Positions 60,281 through 64,000 of a stretch of 64,000 nucleotides of DNA are shown here, one piece after another; the stretch's first letter is position 1, and every line of letters begins with the position of its first letter. The position numbers and the translations under genes are program-made. The notes under the pieces are model-generated. The model saw nothing but the letters and a program-made list of their open reading frames with translations. It made no database searches and was not told the DNA's origin. Origin of the DNA: Bilabrum cf. latius (taxonomy: Eukaryota); NCBI GenBank assembly GCA_965178125.1, contig OZ237735.1, positions 124,001 to 188,000 on the forward strand, given 5' to 3'.

Positions 60281-61219
60281 ATGGATTCATTTACCGTGTT
60301 TCCGGGCCAGAGAATTGAGCGAGATATGATGGTGCCCGCCGGTACCGACAATATTCGGCTGTAGGACACAGTTGTTTCAATCTCGCCTGCAGATGCTGTG
60401 CAGACTGTATGGGACGGAGAGCGGCCCGGCGAGAAGTCGTTTGTCGCGACAAAACTAGGAGTTGTACGTGTTAAGGCACCTAAGCTTCCATCAGGAAAGA
60501 AGTCAGCTGCATCGTCAATGCCATCCGCTGGGCCCTCCACAGCGGCAAGTCAGCCAAAGCTAAGGATCGCCGTTGACTCTTCGTACCGCCGCTACGTGCC
60601 AAAGGAAGGTGATACAGTGGTTGGGGTTGTGGTTGAGCGCGGGGCCGAGAACTACAGAGTGTCGCTTGGAGGCAGCCGGTTGACGCAGCTGCCCGTCTTG
60701 GCGTTCGACGGGGCCTCGAAGCGGAACAAGCCTAACCTGCTCGTGGGCACCCTGGTCTACGCGCGCATTGCCCGGGTAGATCGCGATCTCGCCCCCGAGC
60801 TGTCCTGCGCGGTGGTGAGCGGGCCCAAAAAGGACTGGGTGACGGGCGAGTCTGTGTTTGGGGAGCTGGTCGGGGGCACCACGGTGCAGGTGCCGCTGCA
60901 CCACGCCCGCCGGCTCGTGTCCAGCAAGAGCGAGCTTCTGCCTGCCCTGGGGAGACATTTCCCATTCGAGGTGTGCGTGGGGCTCAACGGGCTGGTCTGG
61001 GTGAAGGCTGCGTCTGCCGCCCGCACCGTCCTCTCCTCTCTGCTGGTGCAGCGGAGCGTGACGGTGTCGGAGGAGGCGGCCGGGGACTTTGTGGATACAG
61101 TGGTGGCTGCGGCGGGGCTCAGGGCCGCGGTGGGGGGCAGGAAGGGCCCGGCTGCTTCTGACAGCGGGTCATCAGGCGCAGCAGGGGCTGCCGCGGGAGG
61201 GCAGGCGCCCATGTCGTGA
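60281..61219 (+). CDS. RRP40: Exosome cap subunit Rrp40/EXOSC3
   Basis: RRYVPKEGDTVVGVV, LAFDGASKRNKPNLLVGTLVYAR, PELSC, FGELVGG, PFEVCVGLNGLVWV. One TAG at 60362; TGA stop. Confidence 0.93.
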
Positions 61220-61465
61220 GCGGGCAAAGCTAGCTGTGGAACAACCAGGGAGGGCAGGCGCCCATGTCGTGAGCGGGCCAAGCTAGCTGTGGAACAACCA
61301 GGGAGGGCAGGCGCCCATGTCGTGAGCGGGCCAAGCTAGCTGTGGAACAACCAGGGAGGGCAGGCGCCCATGTCGTGAGCGGGCCAAGCTAGCTGTGGAA
61401 CAACCAGGGAGGGCAGGCGCCCATGTCGTGAGCGGGCCAAGCTAGCTGTGGAACAACCAGGGAGG
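61195..61465. repeat. Minisatellite, 5 x 53 bp; the unit spans the RRP40 stop codon
   Basis: gggagggcaggcgcccatgtcgTGAgcgggccaagctagctgtggaacaacca starting at 61195, 61248, 61301, 61354 and 61407. Confidence 0.95.
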
Positions 61466-61582
61466 TGCATGGTGCCTGTGTGCTTTGTCCTGATCACGAG
61501 TCAGTTTTTGGTAAATGATCCTCTCGTATGTGCCTTCAAGCAATCCAAGAAAGCCAGTCGGCCCGGCCGTCACGCCGCCCTC

Positions 61583-62041
61583 GCCCTCGCTCGCCCCTCC
61601 CCAAGGCAAGGCTCGATTCACTCTATGATTCCCAGCGCCGCCCTCGCTCGCCCCTCCCCAAGGCAAGGCTCGATTCACTCTATGATTCCCAGCGCCGCCC
61701 TCGCTCGCCCCTCCCCAAGGCAAGGCTCGATTCACTCTATGATTCCCAGCGCCGCCCTCGCTCGCCCCTCCCCAAGGCAAGGCTCGATTCACTCTATGAT
61801 TCCCAGCGCCGCCCTCGCTCGCCCCTCCCCAAGGCAAGGCTCGATTCACTCTATGATTCCCAGCGCCGCCCTCGCTCGCCCCTCCCCAAGGCAAGGCTCG
61901 ATTCACTCTATGATTCCCAGCGCCGCCCTCGCTCGCCCCTCCCCAAGGCAAGGCTCGATTCACTCTATGATTCCCAGCGCCGCCCTCGCTCGCCCCTCCC
62001 CAAGGCAAGGCTCGATTCACTCTATGATTCCCAGCGCCGCC
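61583..62041. repeat. Minisatellite, 8 x 57 bp; the unit spans the VPS9-gene stop codon
   Basis: gccctcgctcgcccctccccaaggcaaggctcgatTCActctatgattcccagcgcc, identical copies from 61583 to 62038. Confidence 0.95.
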
Positions 62042-64000
62042 AGCACGAGCGACGGCTGCTGCCTGGGCTGGTGGCACGTCCCCCTTGCTGCCGTGTAGAA
62101 CTGCGTCAGGGCGTAGTCCTCGTCCCCCATGGCGCCCGTGTCCCCGCCCCACGCCTCCACGTACCTCAGGTGTTCCCTGGCAAAGGCCAGCTGGGAGAAC
62201 ACGAACGGAGACCCGCTGGAGCACAGCAGGTACAGACTCATCGGCTGCAGCTCGTCCTGCCCCGGCTGCAGCCTGCTCAAGTCCACCCTGCACGTGACAC
62301 CCGGCCTGGTCCCCGGGTATCGCTGCAGGTAGTAATCCCGATTCGATCGGAGCAGGGCGTGCCGAGTGTGCGTGAAGAGCATCCGCTTGTCGAAAGCAGT
62401 CCTGGCCTGCTGCAGCAACCGTAAGAACGCCACGCTACGCTCATACGACCCCGCTGCAATGCGCTGCAGCTCCTCTCTGAGCCCCGCAGGCACCCGCACC
62501 GCCGGCACCTGCAACGGCTTGCCTGCTTTCTGCAGCCTCCTCTGCAGGGCCAGCGCCTGCTTGTGCAGCCTCCTCCTCATCTTGCTGTCCTCCTCCGCCT
62601 CTCCCTCGTACATGGGCCCCTCCCCTCCATCGGGGAGGTCCAGGGGATCCTCCCACGGACCTAGCCCGCTCCTGCTCCTGCTCGCATGCACGATGCCCTC
62701 GAACCTGTCTCCCTTCACCTTGCTGCCCTCGGCGCGCTCGCACGCGTCCAGCCGCATGTGCGGCACCACACCGAAATCAGCAGGGCACAGCCGGCCGAGC
62801 AGCTGCATGGTCACCGAGAGGAATGCATCCTGCTCGGCAAAACGTGCGGCGTAATGCGGAAACAAGCTGCCGTGCGCGTGCGCCGCAACGGCGTCGCACA
62901 CCATGCACAGCAGCGACCCCCGATCCCTTTGCCTGCACCCCAACATGCGCAACCTGAAGTCCTTCAGCGCGGCCGCATCTGCATCCTCCTCTTTCTGTTC
63001 CCTGGATGACCCCGAGCTGGCACCCGGACCCCCAGCGGGGGACGCCCCGGCAGCTGCCGGCTTGCCAGACCCCCGGCCCTTATCCCCCCCCCCCTCCCCG
63101 CCCCCCTCCCCCTTGGGTAAGTCAGGCACTGTGGCTAGGAGGTCCGGGAACCTCGCCGCGATGCAGTCCGTGAGTGCGTGGCAAAAGGTGCGGTAGTCCG
63201 CCATGGCTGCCTTGAAATCGGCCGAGGGCGCAGAGGCGTCTGCCTCCACGGCCCCTTCCTCGCCTCCTGCTGCCCCGCTGCTCGCGGACCCAGCAGTCCC
63301 TATCCTGCCTCGGCCCCGGCTCCTGCGGTGGGCCCTCCCCGCTCGCCTGTCGTCCTCTTCGTCCTCTCTCTCATCCTGCCTCTCCTGCTGCTCCTGCACC
63401 CGCCGACTCGCCGCTGCCAGCTCGCTCACGCACTTGAGACCCGCCTCCCGCCGCGCCTCCGCCGTCGCCGCCAACCTAACTGCCTCCTCCGCTCGGGACA
63501 CGATCCCGCGTAGCCCCGCGGTCCGCCGCGCAGACGCGTCCATCGCCCGAGTCGCGCTCGCGGAGTGCACCCGTGCGTGCACCTCGGCGAACACAGACGC
63601 CGCCGTCCCAAAGCTGTGGAACACCGGCCGACGCAGCTGCCACTGTGGCCCTGGGCTCCCTGCCCCTACCCCAGCTTGCTCTCCTCCCTCTGCTCCTGCT
63701 GCCCCCGTCGTGGGGAAGAACGTGTTCCGGTCTTGCACCCTCCCGATTGGCGAGGCCGCCACGCACGGTAGCCTGCGCACCTTGGTAGGGCTCGCCAGAA
63801 CGTCCCGCGGATGCAGCGCAGTAGCACCTGAGCCAGAGCCAGAGCCAGAGCCTGAGCCAGTGCCACAGCCAGAGCCATTGCCAGAGCCAGGGCCAGGGCC
63901 AGAGCTCGGGGTGCTCGCACCGGAACAGGTGCTCGAGGCAAACTCCCGGGCTGGCAGGGCAGGGGGCACGAGCCGGAGCACCTGCGTGAGATAGTTCCGG
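62017..64000 (-). CDS. VPS9-domain protein (Rab5-family GEF), 5'-partial
   Basis: C-terminal YERSVAFLRLL...AFDK...GQDELQPMSLYLL..S.SPFVFSQLAF...GDEDYALTQFYTA fits the VPS9 pattern. Frame open to the window edge; TGA stop. Confidence 0.75.
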   Translation of the reverse strand, partial: RNYLTQVLRLVPPALPAREFASSTCSGASTPSSGPGPGSGNGSGCGTGSGSGSGSGSGATALHPRDVLASPTKVRRLPCVAASPIGRVQDRNTFFPTTGAAGAEGGEQAGVGAGSPGPQWQLRRPVFHSFGTAASVFAEVHARVHSASATRAMDASARRTAGLRGIVSRAEEAVRLAATAEARREAGLKCVSELAAASRRVQEQQERQDEREDEEDDRRAGRAHRRSRGRGRIGTAGSASSGAAGGEEGAVEADASAPSADFKAAMADYRTFCHALTDCIAARFPDLLATVPDLPKGEGGGEGGGDKGRGSGKPAAAGASPAGGPGASSGSSREQKEEDADAAALKDFRLRMLGCRQRDRGSLLCMVCDAVAAHAHGSLFPHYAARFAEQDAFLSVTMQLLGRLCPADFGVVPHMRLDACERAEGSKVKGDRFEGIVHASRSRSGLGPWEDPLDLPDGGEGPMYEGEAEEDSKMRRRLHKQALALQRRLQKAGKPLQVPAVRVPAGLREELQRIAAGSYERSVAFLRLLQQARTAFDKRMLFTHTRHALLRSNRDYYLQRYPGTRPGVTCRVDLSRLQPGQDELQPMSLYLLCSSGSPFVFSQLAFAREHLRYVEAWGGDTGAMGDEDYALTQFYTAARGTCHQPRQQPSLVLAALGIIE

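Noticed and set aside
61442-62424. ORFs made of 19-aa repeats
   Set aside because: Translations of the 57-bp minisatellite lying in the 3' UTR region.

Overview
Gene-dense, GC-rich nuclear DNA from a flagellated microbial eukaryote: about 20 protein-coding genes, short GT-AG introns, and the flagellar genes SPEF2 and MEIG1. The taxon cannot be fixed from sequence alone; the style suggests a heterotrophic stramenopile such as a bicosoecid. The main result is a non-standard nuclear genetic code. About 70 in-frame TAG codons (hand count) interrupt 17 of the 20 genes. They fall on conserved Gln positions (ARL1 DLGG*T and NK*D, PLD HH*K, DCP1 LR*KD), so UAG reads as Gln. All 20 genes end in TGA, and I found no TAA in frame or as a terminator, so UAG appears reassigned independently of UAA. 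Reading TAG as Gln joins the fragmented ORF track into intact genes: PLD, 3'-5' exonuclease, DCP1, MEIG1, OSCA/TMEM63-like, YME1/FtsH, a PH-domain protein, a signal-anchored protein, a large TSP1/EGF surface protein, SPEF2, cathepsin B, 2OG-Fe(II) dioxygenase, HhH-GPD glycosylase, BET3, a coiled-coil protein, DDX27, MRM2/RrmJ, ARL1, RRP40 and a VPS9 protein. Non-coding features are a 5.7-kb 123/124-bp satellite with an 11-monomer higher-order duplication, a hairpin-rich segment on its left flank, and three tandem repeats whose units each contain a gene's TGA stop. All identifications are by eye from motifs; no searches were run.
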